NCBI GenBank assembly: GCA_043812155.1
Contig: JBDRMK010000011.1
Location: 16,111 to 80,110, forward strand
Reading direction: 5' to 3'
DNA length: 64,000 nt
Origin: Patescibacteria group bacterium
GTDB lineage: Bacteria; Patescibacteriota; Patescibacteriia; JAXHNJ01
This document shows positions 19,386 to 29,497 of this stretch, piece after piece. The stretch's first letter is position 1. Each line of letters starts with the position of its first letter. The position numbers were made by a program, and so were the translations under genes. The notes below the pieces were generated by a model that saw only the letters and a program-made list of their open reading frames with translations, was not told the DNA's origin and ran no database searches.

Positions 19386-20573
19386 ATGAAAAAAGTATAT
19401 TTTGATCATGCCGCCACTACGTCTGTAGATCCTAGGGTTTTAAAAGTAATGCTCCCATACTTTAGTCGAAAGTTTGGCAATCCTTCCTCTGTTCATAACT
19501 TTGGCCAAGAAGCGGCTCAGGCGGTTGAAGAATCAAGGGTTAAAGTGGCCGGATTTTTAGGCGCTGATGCTTCCGAGGTATTTTTTACGTCCGGGGCGAC
19601 GGAAAGCGATAATTTGGCTATTTTCGGCTTGGCCAAGGCCATGAAAAGAAAAGGCGGCCGCCGAATTATCACCTCTGTACTGGAGCATCCGGCGGTTAAA
19701 GATACCTGTCAGGCTTTAAAAAAAGATGGTTTTGAGGTAATTGAACTGTCGGTGGATCCCCATGGAATCATTAAAATTGAAGAATTAATAAAAGCGGTCA
19801 CTCCTGAGACATTTTTAGTGACCATTATGTATGTTAATAATGAGATCGGCAGTGTCCAGCCGATCGCGGAAATTGGCCGTTATCTCGCTTTAATAAATAA
19901 GGAACGAACGGCCAAAGACCTAAATACAATATATTTTCATACAGACGCCGTTCAAGCGGTTAACTTGTTTGATTGTCAAGTCGATTATTTAAAAGTTGAC
20001 CTTCTGTCTTTGTCAGGCCATAAAATTTACGGACCCAAAGGAGTCGGCGCATTATACGTAAGAAAGGGGACGCCTCTTTCGCCGATTCAATACGGCGGCC
20101 ACCAGGAGCGGAGTTTAAGGCCGGGGACAATCAATACCCCTTTGATCGTCGGCTTGGGAAAAGCGATAGAATTGGCGGGTCGGAGTCAAAAAATTGATTA
20201 TTTAAAATTAAAGAAATTGAGCGACCAAATTATTAATTTCGTCTTAAAAAATATACCCCGCGTGAAATTAAACGGTAATTTAAAGAAAAAATCGCCCGCT
20301 CACATTGACTTCACTTTTGATAACGTGGAAGGAGAAAGTCTGCTGCTGTTACTTGATCAAAAGGGAATAGCGGTTTCCACGGGATCGGCCTGCGCTTCCG
20401 GCTCGCTTGAACCTTCCTACGTCTTAAGAGCCTTAGGTTTGCCCCCGGAAAAGTGTCACGGCAGCGTCAGAATAAGCCTGGGACGAAATAATTCGGTAAA
20501 TGAAGTAAAATATTTTATAAAGGTATTACCCGAGCTTATAAAAAAAATAAGGGCCAGGTCGCCCTTAAAGTAA
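19386..20573 (+). CDS. iscS: Cysteine desulfurase, IscS/NifS family
   Basis: 'YFDHAATT', 'GNPSS', 'FHTDAVQ', 'SGHKIYGPKG', 'STGSAC'. Confidence 0.95.
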   Translation: MKKVYFDHAATTSVDPRVLKVMLPYFSRKFGNPSSVHNFGQEAAQAVEESRVKVAGFLGADASEVFFTSGATESDNLAIFGLAKAMKRKGGRRIITSVLEHPAVKDTCQALKKDGFEVIELSVDPHGIIKIEELIKAVTPETFLVTIMYVNNEIGSVQPIAEIGRYLALINKERTAKDLNTIYFHTDAVQAVNLFDCQVDYLKVDLLSLSGHKIYGPKGVGALYVRKGTPLSPIQYGGHQERSLRPGTINTPLIVGLGKAIELAGRSQKIDYLKLKKLSDQIINFVLKNIPRVKLNGNLKKKSPAHIDFTFDNVEGESLLLLLDQKGIAVSTGSACASGSLEPSYVLRALGLPPEKCHGSVRISLGRNNSVNEVKYFIKVLPELIKKIRARSPLK

Positions 20574-20599
20574 AATATTTAAATTATCGCCCCGTTTTT

Positions 20600-20866
20600 T
20601 TAGAAAGGGTTATTCAGTTTATCGATATTTTCACCGGGCTGTTTTTTGTTTTCATCTCGTTTAATAACTTGATCATAGGCCGTTTGGTCGATTTTTTGTT
20701 CGCGGGAAACTATCTTTGAAGGGTCAATATCATTATTATTTATTTGCAAAAAGACAAAGATTAAGTCAAAAATTATGACTAAGCAAAACACGCAAACAAT
20801 TAACAAATAATAATATTTATTTAGGAAATTTGTTAGTTTGGTCGTGTTAAGAATAAATTTTTTCAT
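20600..20866 (-). CDS. Small bitopic membrane protein ending the pil operon
   Basis: One TM helix; start reassigned to MKKFIL directly after pilO. Confidence 0.7.
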   Translation of the reverse strand: MKKFILNTTKLTNFLNKYYYLLIVCVFCLVIIFDLIFVFLQINNNDIDPSKIVSREQKIDQTAYDQVIKRDENKKQPGENIDKLNNPF

Positions 20867-20870
20867 AAAT

Positions 20871-21386
20871 TTATTGCCAATACGTTTTGGCTTGGAGGGT
20901 GGCATTTACCATAGCACCCGCGGTCGAAACGGAAAAATTAATTGAGATAATTTTAATATAGTAATCCAGGGATTCCAGGCCCTTCAAATAGCTTAGAATC
21001 CGCAGATAATCGCCGTTTAGCTGGATATTTATTTTTGTTTCGGCCGTATTATTTGGGCTTGGAGCCTCAAGATTATAATTTTGGATAAGGCTGTTCTGTT
21101 GGGCCAAGTCTTCAATATTTTTAAAGAAATTCAATTGATTGGCCGAGGAGAGGGTCATTTTTTCTAAATCATTCTTTTTTTCGAGAATTATTTCATAATC
21201 TTTCTGGATCTTGGAAATATTCTCCGACTTGTTTTTCATTATTTCAAGAGTGATTTTTTGCTCGTCAATCTCATTTTTTACCCCGGTAACCTGATTAATT
21301 AATGGGAATATGACAAATATTATCAAGGCAAAAATACAAATAATTAAGGTTGAGACAAAGATTAATATTTTTTCCCGAAATGGCAT
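20871..21386 (-). CDS. pilO: Type IV pilus alignment protein, PilO-like
   Basis: TM, coiled coil and 'GDYLRILSYLKGLE'; follows pilN. Confidence 0.8.
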   Translation of the reverse strand: MPFREKILIFVSTLIICIFALIIFVIFPLINQVTGVKNEIDEQKITLEIMKNKSENISKIQKDYEIILEKKNDLEKMTLSSANQLNFFKNIEDLAQQNSLIQNYNLEAPSPNNTAETKINIQLNGDYLRILSYLKGLESLDYYIKIISINFSVSTAGAMVNATLQAKTYWQ

Positions 21387-21388
21387 AT

Positions 21389-21943
21389 TTATAATTTGTA
21401 ATTATCCAAGACTATTTTTGCCGTAATAACGAAATCAATATCTTCTTTTTTAATCAAATTTGAAATAGGTGAATTAAGATCGCTTATAATTTTTGTATTT
21501 TCAAGATTGGCTTTAAGGACAAGAAAATCATCTCTTTGGTCGGCATGGCCGTTTATCTGTATTTCTTTACTTTCCTGATTTAATGAAAGCTGATTAAGTA
21601 AAATATTGGCGGGGATAAGGGCAGTGAAGTCGGTCAGATAGTTTGACCACTTGACGTAATCTGATTGTATGTCGGCCAATAAAATTATATTTTTGTTAAT
21701 TTCTTGAATAGCGTTATTTAGGGAAGTACCCTGATTGGATGGGAGGTTGGCCGTAGCCTGGCTGACTTCATCTTTAATGCTGTCCAGCTTGTGGTTAAGA
21801 TATAATTTTGTCCCGTAAAACAACAATAAATTGATAATTAGAAAAATAGCGCAAAAATAAGAGATATATCTGAACGCGAATAAAGTTTTCTTTTCTTTAA
21901 GCTTTTTCTTTTTTTCTGGGGAAAGAAGGTTTAATGACATCAT
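21389..21943 (-). CDS. pilN: Type IV pilus alignment protein, PilN-like
   Basis: N-terminal 'LNLL' PilM-binding motif, TM helix, 'IP.NI.L..L...I.G.A'. Confidence 0.85.
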   Translation of the reverse strand: MMSLNLLSPEKKKKLKEKKTLFAFRYISYFCAIFLIINLLLFYGTKLYLNHKLDSIKDEVSQATANLPSNQGTSLNNAIQEINKNIILLADIQSDYVKWSNYLTDFTALIPANILLNQLSLNQESKEIQINGHADQRDDFLVLKANLENTKIISDLNSPISNLIKKEDIDFVITAKIVLDNYKL

Positions 21944-23006
21944 TTTTAATTATATTTTTTAGGCCCAGGCCGATGGCGGTGGTGAAAGAGCAGGCCTGAT
22001 CCGCCAGAATTTTTACTTTCGACTGTTTTAGATTGATATCGACTAATGGATTAATTTTTTCCACGGGTAAGTTAAGCTTTTTTTTCAAAAATTCGTCAAG
22101 ATTCTTGAGCAAAGCCCCGGAGCCGGAAAGAACTATTTTTTTAAATTTCTCGCTGTTCGGGAAGATATTAAGATAGAAATTTTCTGTTTCCCGCACTTTT
22201 TCCGCTAATTCGTTGAAAAGCGGGGTAATAATTTTGATAATTTGACCTTTGCCTTTTTTCGCCGCCAGTCCGCAGATTATTTTCGCTTTTTCCGCGTCGG
22301 CCGGGCTCATTTGAAGTTCCCGGGAAATTTTTTGCGTTAGATCTTTGCCGCAAAAAGCGAGAGTGGAGGAAAATTGGATGCCATGATTATCATAGACGAT
22401 TAAATTGGTATGATCACCCCCCAAATCAATGATCAAAAACGGCGAGAGTATGTTGGTTTCGTTGCTTAAAATACTGCGGGTAATGGCCATAGACTCGGTT
22501 TCAAAGGAAACAGGAAGCAATTTCGCTTCTTCAAGCAAATGAGTGTAAGAATCAACAATATTCTTGGGCGCCGCGGCAATTAGGACTTTAAGACATTTTT
22601 CCGAGGTTTTAGCTTCATTAATGATTTGCCAATCAAGATACATTTCGTCTAAGGACATCGGAATATGCTGGGCCGCTTCCCATTTTATGGCTTCGTTAAG
22701 ATCGGGACTTTTCGTTTCGGGCAGCTGGATCAGCTTGATAAAGGTTTTTCTTTCCGGCAATACGCAGTTAACATAGGTTGTGCTTACTTTATGGCCAGCC
22801 GTATTTTTTATCAGCCGGGTAATTTGATTTTTTAACTTTATTTCATCCTTAATTTCCCCGTCAAAAACCACTCCTTCGGGTATGGCTAATTCGTTGAGGG
22901 AGTTGATAATAATATCTTTGCCTCTATATTTTAACTGGGCTAAGCGGATATCAGAATCGGAAATATCAAGGCCAAAAATGTTTTTAAAAGGGTTAGTATT
23001 GAACAT
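21897..23006 (-). CDS. pilM: Type IV pilus assembly protein PilM (actin-like)
   Basis: 'FGLDIS', 'IKWEAAQHIP', 'IIDLGGDHT', 'LSGSGA', 'TAIGLGL'. Confidence 0.93.
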   Translation of the reverse strand: MFNTNPFKNIFGLDISDSDIRLAQLKYRGKDIIINSLNELAIPEGVVFDGEIKDEIKLKNQITRLIKNTAGHKVSTTYVNCVLPERKTFIKLIQLPETKSPDLNEAIKWEAAQHIPMSLDEMYLDWQIINEAKTSEKCLKVLIAAAPKNIVDSYTHLLEEAKLLPVSFETESMAITRSILSNETNILSPFLIIDLGGDHTNLIVYDNHGIQFSSTLAFCGKDLTQKISRELQMSPADAEKAKIICGLAAKKGKGQIIKIITPLFNELAEKVRETENFYLNIFPNSEKFKKIVLSGSGALLKNLDEFLKKKLNLPVEKINPLVDINLKQSKVKILADQACSFTTAIGLGLKNIIKNDVIKPSFPRKKEKA

Positions 23007-23014
23007 TTGATTAT

Positions 23015-24982
23015 TTATAATTCCTGCCAGGTGCCTTTTTTAATGGCCCAGCTGGCTCCCGGACCGGAAATAAACTTAGCATTGGCCAGCCCGCTTTCGT
23101 AAGTAACTGTGGCATTTTCTCCCATAATCAATCGGTGAGCGGTGGCTTCAAAAACACCGGCATTGTTGTTTAATTTTATGGCGCCGGCCGAGGCATAAAA
23201 AATAACAGCCGTAGCGTTGTTGTCAACGTCAATCGCCGGATCGATATCGGTAATTTTCGTGCTAGTAGAGAGAAACATTATATAGCTGTCTTTACCAATT
23301 TCCGGTGGGGGTTCAGTGGTATTGCAGGCCGGGGAAGGATCAGCGGTATAACCAGACCCGCAGAAAAAGACATTATTAGAAACATTTATTTCCCCGTCAT
23401 TAATTATTAGACCGCTTTGTGAGCCATAACCAGCGTCCAGATAAACTTTTGAATTATTGTCTAGATCAATTTTACCAGTGACATAGACAGTGCCTGTCAG
23501 TTTAAGCTCCGCATTATTGATAACTTTTAAATCACCTTCAATTTTTATCGGACCCAAAGCCGCGTCATCGCCCTCCCCGTCTAAAGTTAGACCGGCGGCA
23601 ATGCAGGTTCCCGGAGAAACGCACTCATCATCGCTTGTACACTTGGTATCGTTGTTATTCGAGCAGACTTTATAAGTCCCTCCGGCTATAGCTTCATTTT
23701 TCCAGTCACCAATATTAATTGTTGAGATCGGCATATCCATCAGGCCGCCAGGTTCTTCTTGAATACAGGCGGCATTAGGGCCCGGCAGGCACGTAGTACC
23801 GTTTGCTTTCGTGTTTGTGTCAACCACCCAGTAATGGGCCTCCTGGCCGATGGTGGCATTTTTTATTTCATAGGCATAGGCTTTCTCGTTGATGGTCGTG
23901 CCGTCAATATAGGTGGTATTGGTGGCTAAAAATATTTTGAAATTAATGTCTCCGCTTATTTTTGTCCAAGAGGGATTGGGTAATTGATTCCAATCCGCGC
24001 TGTATTTAGCCATGCCATTGCCATAGCCTTCATCAGTACTTGATTTAGAAGAGATCCAGTGTCTTAGATAGTTTATAGGAGAGGCATCAGAGGGGGCAAT
24101 TACTATCCAGTAATCTTCGCCGCTATTTAGAAGGGCAGGGGTTTGCATCGCGACGTTTATCCAACCAAACTGGGTCATGGAGGCAAGAGAGGGATTTAAG
24201 GTTCCTTCGGCGATAACATTGTCTTTATCCGGGATGTCGTCTGCTTTTTGGGCGCCGGCCTTATTGCCCAGTATTTTAACTTTAGTGCCAGTCGGACATT
24301 TATTGACATTATTGCCTTCGCAGACTTTCTTCAGTCTTAAACTGACCATGGTGATATTATTAGTACCAGGAGAAATAAAACTTTGAGCAAGATCAGTTTC
24401 AGTCGCGTTGTGGCCGAATTTCTCTTCTGCGTCTTTTAAAATGTCATTAACCAGTGAAACTGCCGAGCCAGTGGCAACAGTGGCGGTATTATGAATTACT
24501 CCAGGACCGGTGATACTGCCGTTGGAGTAGATATTGCCAACGATTTCAGAATTATTTTTCATTATCAAACCGCCCTCGCCCACTTGGACACCATAGTGAA
24601 AAGCGACATCAGTAGTGGTAAGTTCGAGCTGGACTCTGATTTTTTTTTCGGTTTTTGGATTGGCTAATGAGGGATAATATCCAGTTGACTCAATGGTGGC
24701 GATATTGCCTTGCTTAGCGACGGTGGTAACAATGGTTCCCGCGGCCTGCGCTCCCTCGGTCCAATTGATAATTTCTCCTAAGTAAGTTGATTCTTCATTC
24801 ATTTTTTCGATTGCTCGGTCTATTCCCGCCTCAGCCACATTAAAGGCAATTTTTTGCTGGTATCTTTTCTGGATGAGATAATTATTACCGAGTATTAAAC
24901 TTACCAGAACCGCGACTAATAAAACAATAACGCTTAAAAATAAAGTAGAAATAACTAGGATCTGCCCTTTTTGTTTTTTCAT
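23015..24982 (-). CDS. Large PilX-like minor pilin / adhesin
   Basis: Class III signal 'KQKG|QILV', 'AFNVAEAGI', long beta-rich and Cys-rich body, C-terminal 'W.IKKGTWQEL'. Confidence 0.8.
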   Translation of the reverse strand: MKKQKGQILVISTLFLSVIVLLVAVLVSLILGNNYLIQKRYQQKIAFNVAEAGIDRAIEKMNEESTYLGEIINWTEGAQAAGTIVTTVAKQGNIATIESTGYYPSLANPKTEKKIRVQLELTTTDVAFHYGVQVGEGGLIMKNNSEIVGNIYSNGSITGPGVIHNTATVATGSAVSLVNDILKDAEEKFGHNATETDLAQSFISPGTNNITMVSLRLKKVCEGNNVNKCPTGTKVKILGNKAGAQKADDIPDKDNVIAEGTLNPSLASMTQFGWINVAMQTPALLNSGEDYWIVIAPSDASPINYLRHWISSKSSTDEGYGNGMAKYSADWNQLPNPSWTKISGDINFKIFLATNTTYIDGTTINEKAYAYEIKNATIGQEAHYWVVDTNTKANGTTCLPGPNAACIQEEPGGLMDMPISTINIGDWKNEAIAGGTYKVCSNNNDTKCTSDDECVSPGTCIAAGLTLDGEGDDAALGPIKIEGDLKVINNAELKLTGTVYVTGKIDLDNNSKVYLDAGYGSQSGLIINDGEINVSNNVFFCGSGYTADPSPACNTTEPPPEIGKDSYIMFLSTSTKITDIDPAIDVDNNATAVIFYASAGAIKLNNNAGVFEATAHRLIMGENATVTYESGLANAKFISGPGASWAIKKGTWQEL

Positions 24983-24983
24983 A

Positions 24984-25544
24984 TTAATTATTCCTTAGAT
25001 AGGCGCTGGATTGGGAGATAATTTCCTTTTCCAGGCCTTTGTAGGTTTTTGAAAGGATTAAAGTGATGTAAACAATTTTGGCATGAGTTGGATCAACTTT
25101 ATTATAACGAAAAATAATTTTTTTAACAAAATTGGCGATGACCTTTGTTTCGTCCGTCCGTCCTACACTTGCCGGATCGACGTCAGTCAGCATTTTTAGA
25201 GTTGTTCCGTCCAGATAAAAAACAAAATAATCGTATTTATCCGCCACCGGATTATTATTGGTGTCAATCGCATTTACTTTTAAAACCAGCTGCGAAGGGC
25301 CGGAACTGTAGATATCGTAATCAGTGACATTTAAACCAAGATTAGCGGCTTGGGTAATTTCACGCATGGCCGTGGCTCCTTCCTGCTGTAAATTAAGGTA
25401 AATTTGCTGTTGGGAAACCACGCCGTAAGCCGTGATAATAATGGCCGTCGTGACCGTGGTTAAAATGATGAAAATCGTAATAATAATCAAAGTTTCCATC
25501 AAAGTGACGCCGTTTTGCTTTTTTCTATTTAAGATGGACCCCAT
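24984..25544 (-). CDS. Prepilin-type minor pilin (PilW/GspJ-like)
   Basis: 'NG|VTLMETLIII' class III signal with E5. Confidence 0.85.
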   Translation of the reverse strand: MGSILNRKKQNGVTLMETLIIITIFIILTTVTTAIIITAYGVVSQQQIYLNLQQEGATAMREITQAANLGLNVTDYDIYSSGPSQLVLKVNAIDTNNNPVADKYDYFVFYLDGTTLKMLTDVDPASVGRTDETKVIANFVKKIIFRYNKVDPTHAKIVYITLILSKTYKGLEKEIISQSSAYLRNN

Positions 25545-26481
25545 ATTTGCTGATCAAAGTTGTTAAGCTAACCTGGCGGGTTCGGTTGTTATCCTGCCAT
25601 TGAATTTTAGCGATAATTTCTTTGACATCAGCTGAGCCGCCGTAATCCTGGATAGTAAGCTTTGTTTGGCCGGATGGGAGATCATTTAAGCCCAGTCTTT
25701 CCCAGCCGTCGGCTGTTTGGCCAAGCGGTCCTAGAGAAAAATCCCCGTTGGTCACAAGAGTGCTGTTAATTTTAATATCGTCAAAATAGGCATGGACACC
25801 ATTAAAGCCTAAAAGGGCAATTTTGCCTGAAGTAAAACTAGAGTCAGTGACGGTAGTTAATAACACTGTGTTTCGGTAGATTTTTAAGGTATTGGCGCTG
25901 GTCTCTAATTTATACGTGTACCAGATATCAAAAGCCGTGGCCGGAGCGGAAGTATATAGGGTAGTTTCCGCACCTTCAACTTTTTTAACTAGAGTTAAGC
26001 TGTTGGGTGAAAAAGAAAGCCGATAATTATTATTTTTATCCTGGTAGCGGAAAAAGAAACCGGTTTGCCAGCCGGCGGGACTGTCGGCTCTGACTTTAAT
26101 ATTTGTTTCTAAAATAAAATTATCATCGTCGCCCAAGGGCAGCAAAGCCAGACCAGTGATCCCCGAAACGACCCCGGGTGATTTTAATTCATAAATATAA
26201 TTCGTGCTGTCGTCAGCCACTTGCCAGGTTCCAAGGTTGTAAGCGATATTTAAAAAATCGGCGTCAGTACGGTTGGTCAGCTTGTCAAAAGAAAAATGCC
26301 TTAAAGATTCGATTTCCTCCTGGGCGAGCTCATAGGCATGAATCATATTTTTGCAGGAAGTGGAAACTTTTAAAAAATACGATATATTGGAAAAAATTAT
26401 AACAAGTGTCGAAACGACTAAAATAGAAATTAAGGCTTCAATCAGACCGACGCCATTTTTGTTTTTTAAGAATTTAATCAT
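25525..26481 (-). CDS. Prepilin-type minor pilin (PilV-like) with an inserted concanavalin-A-like (DUF1080-like) domain
   Basis: 'NG|VGLIEALISI'; central 'GFFFRYQDKNNNYRL...W...SGKIAL...AYFDDIKI'. Confidence 0.8.
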   Translation of the reverse strand: MIKFLKNKNGVGLIEALISILVVSTLVIIFSNISYFLKVSTSCKNMIHAYELAQEEIESLRHFSFDKLTNRTDADFLNIAYNLGTWQVADDSTNYIYELKSPGVVSGITGLALLPLGDDDNFILETNIKVRADSPAGWQTGFFFRYQDKNNNYRLSFSPNSLTLVKKVEGAETTLYTSAPATAFDIWYTYKLETSANTLKIYRNTVLLTTVTDSSFTSGKIALLGFNGVHAYFDDIKINSTLVTNGDFSLGPLGQTADGWERLGLNDLPSGQTKLTIQDYGGSADVKEIIAKIQWQDNNRTRQVSLTTLISKYGVHLK

Positions 26482-26483
26482 TA

Positions 26484-27701
26484 TTATATCGCTTCCGAAA
26501 GGGAGTAAATAGGTAAAATAATGGCGGCGACCAGTAAAGCCACTGCGGCGCCTAAAACAAGCATGATGATAGGTTCAATAATAGTGGAAAGATTGCTCAT
26601 TGTTTGATCGACTTCCTCTTCGTAAAAACTGGCTAATTCTTCCGAGATAGTGTCCAAAGTGCCGCTTTCCTCGCCGACGGCGATCATCTGTAAGATCACC
26701 GGGGTAAAAAGATTAGGGTAAACTTCCAGGCATTTTTGAACCGTAGCGCCGGTTTTTAATTTTTCCGCCGCTTCTTTCATGGCGTTTTGGTAATGAACAT
26801 TGCCCAAGGTTTTTCCGATAATTTCGAACGCTTTGACGATTGGTATATCCGTGGCTAAAAGGGAATTAAGGCTGCGGCTGAAACGGGCCAGGTTGACTTT
26901 TTTAATGATCGGGCCGAAAATCGGCAATTTTAGAACTAATTTATGGTAGGTAAATTTTCCTTTATTAGTTTTTAATAAACGTCGCAACCCGAAGATTAAA
27001 AGAACCAAACCCAAGAAAACCCAGAGGCCTTGTTTGATGATTAAATCGCTGAGAGACATTAAAAGGCGGGTAATAAGGGGGAGTTCGGCGCCCGCTTCTT
27101 TAAAGACGCTGGAAAGCTGGGGGATGACATAAACCATCATGGCAATACCGATGCCGACCATGGCGATGACAATAATAACAGGATAGGTCATGGCTCCTTT
27201 TATTTTCGCGATAAGCGCGTGATCTTTTCGCATTTGCGTCGCTAAGCTTTTCAAGACTTCATCCAGCTTGCCCGAGGCTTCGCCGGCGGCGATCATATTT
27301 ACGAATAATTCCGAAAAATATTTTTTGTGCTTTTCCAGCGCCCGGGAAAGAGTAACGCCGCTTTCCACCTCTTTTTTTAGATCAAGAATAATATTTTTTA
27401 ACTTTTTTGAGCTGGTCTGCTCCGCTAAGACGCCTAAGGCTCGGCCGATGGAAAAACCCGTCCGCATCATCACTTCCAGATTTTTCACGAAAAATATTTT
27501 TTGGGTGACCGGAATACTCTGAAAACGCTGTAAAAGTGAAGAAATATCCAAAGAAGATTTTTTCTTTCTAGCCGCATGACTCGTTAGGGTAAGATTTTGC
27601 GTTTTTAATTGCTGAGCCAGATCATCTTCATTAACGGCGGATAAACTGCCTTTGATGATTTTGCCTTCTTGATTGCGAGCGGTGTATTCAAAATTTGTCA
27701 T
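26484..27701 (-). CDS. pilC: Type IV pilus platform protein PilC (GspF family)
   Basis: 'GEASGKLD', 'AMTYP', 'GEESGTLD', 'IEPII'. Confidence 0.95.
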   Translation of the reverse strand: MTNFEYTARNQEGKIIKGSLSAVNEDDLAQQLKTQNLTLTSHAARKKKSSLDISSLLQRFQSIPVTQKIFFVKNLEVMMRTGFSIGRALGVLAEQTSSKKLKNIILDLKKEVESGVTLSRALEKHKKYFSELFVNMIAAGEASGKLDEVLKSLATQMRKDHALIAKIKGAMTYPVIIVIAMVGIGIAMMVYVIPQLSSVFKEAGAELPLITRLLMSLSDLIIKQGLWVFLGLVLLIFGLRRLLKTNKGKFTYHKLVLKLPIFGPIIKKVNLARFSRSLNSLLATDIPIVKAFEIIGKTLGNVHYQNAMKEAAEKLKTGATVQKCLEVYPNLFTPVILQMIAVGEESGTLDTISEELASFYEEEVDQTMSNLSTIIEPIIMLVLGAAVALLVAAIILPIYSLSEAI

Positions 27702-27704
27702 ATA

Positions 27705-29436
27705 TTATTCCTGAGTGGCTCTTAAGATTTCTTCAATTGAAGTGATACCCATTTTGGCTTTAATAAAGCCGCCTTCCGTCATGGTGATCATTCCCTCTTT
27801 AACCGCTGTTTTTTGAATTTCCTCGGACGAAGCCCCTTCTAAAATTAGCTTGGTTATATTTTCCGTGTTTTCCAGAATTTCATAAACGCCTATTCTTCCC
27901 TTATATCCCTCCCCGTTACATTTTTTACAGCCTTTGCCCCGGTAGAATAAAATGGTGTCTAAAGGCTGCTTGGCGGAAATAATCGCCCCCTCTCTTTCCA
28001 GGCCATTTAAAATGGACTGGAAATTGACTTGTTTTTCTAATTCTTCAATATTTTTTTTTGGTTAAGGAATAGCTTTGAATGCAGCCCAGGCAAATTTTTC
28101 TTACTAGTCTCTGAGCGACGATAATATTTGAAGTTGAGGCGATCAGGAAAGAGGGGACGCCCATTTCCTCAAGACGAGGCAGGGCGGTGGCGGCATCGTT
28201 AGTATGCAGGGTAGATAAAACCAAATGTCCGGTCATAGCGGCATGAATAGCGATTTCCGCTGTTTCCTTGTCCCGGATTTCACCGACCATAATGATATTG
28301 GGATCCTGTCTTAGCAAGGAGCGCAGACCGGTGGCAAAAGAAAAACCGATTCGAGGATTAACCTGGCTTTGATTGACGCGCGGCATGCGGTATTCAATTG
28401 GGTCTTCTACGGTTGAGATATTGACTTTTGGAGAGTTTAATATATTTACAATACTGTAAAGAGTGGTTGTTTTACCGGAACCGGTAGGTCCGGTCACTAA
28501 GATGACGCCATGCGGTTTTTTTAGATTTCTTTTTATTATTTCCAGCTGCTTATTAATAAAACCAAGCTGCTCTAGGGTGGAGATTTGGGCGGATTCCCGA
28601 AGCAATCTCAAAACGATTTTTTCGCCGTCAAAGACCGGCAGAATAGACACACGGAAAGATACTTTTTGAGTTTCCATGGTGATCTTAAAGCGTCCGTCCT
28701 GGGGCATGCGATGCTCGTCAATTTTCAAGTTAGATAGAATTTTTATCCTGGCGACGACTCCTGTCTGGACGTTTTTTGGCAAGGTCATTACGTCGCGTAA
28801 AATGCCGTCAATGCGGTAGCGGATTACGGTCTCTTTTTCCGTGGGCTCTATATGGATATCGGAGGCGCTCTCAAAGATGGCGTATTCAAGAATGGTGTCC
28901 ACGATTCTGACCACCGGGAGATCTTCCGCCAATTTTTTTAAATCAGTTTCGTCGGAGGGAATTTTTTCCTCTTTGCCATGAGTGATATCCTTGAATTCAG
29001 CCTTTAAACCCTTGTGGTATTGCTTTAAGGCGGACTTGATGTTTTCCGGGGTAGTAACGTAAATAACCGGCTTCAGTCCGGTTTTTTTCTCAATAAACTC
29101 AAAAATCTGCAGGTCATCAGGCTCCAGAGTGGCCAGCTTGATTTCTTTCTCCGTTTTATCAAAAGCAAAAACCCCGTGAACCTGGACAATGGGTTCTGGG
29201 ATAAGATCGAGAATGTCTTTTCGGATGACCTGGTCCTTAATGTCCATGAACGGCAGTTTCAGGTAGCGGGCCAGAGTTTCATAAACAATAGTTTCCGAGA
29301 CGAGGTTTTTCTCGATCAAATACTGATAAATTTTTTTTCCTTCTTCCTTTGCTTGAGCTGAGGCTTGGTTAAGCTTTTCCTCTCCAATTATCTTTTCTGT
29401 GATCAGTAATTTTTTTAACTCTTCCTCCTTAATCAT
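27705..29436 (-). CDS. pilB: Type IV pilus extension ATPase PilB, interrupted by a +1 frameshift at an A9 tract (28051-28059)
   Basis: 'ASDIHIEP', Walker A 'GPTGSGKTTT', 'LRQDPNIIMVGEIRD'. After the shift the frame continues '...RGKGCKKCNGEGYKGRIGVYEIL...GITSIEEILRATQE*' to 27705. Confidence 0.93.
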
Positions 29437-29468
29437 TTTTTGTGTTTAGTTTTAAAATATACCCCTAT

Positions 29469-29497
29469 ATTATATCATATTATAACTCTTTAGTCAA
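29469..29497 (-). promoter_or_regulatory. Sigma70 promoter of the pil operon
   Basis: Minus strand TTGACT-17 bp-TATAAT, with TG ahead of the -10. Confidence 0.7.
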
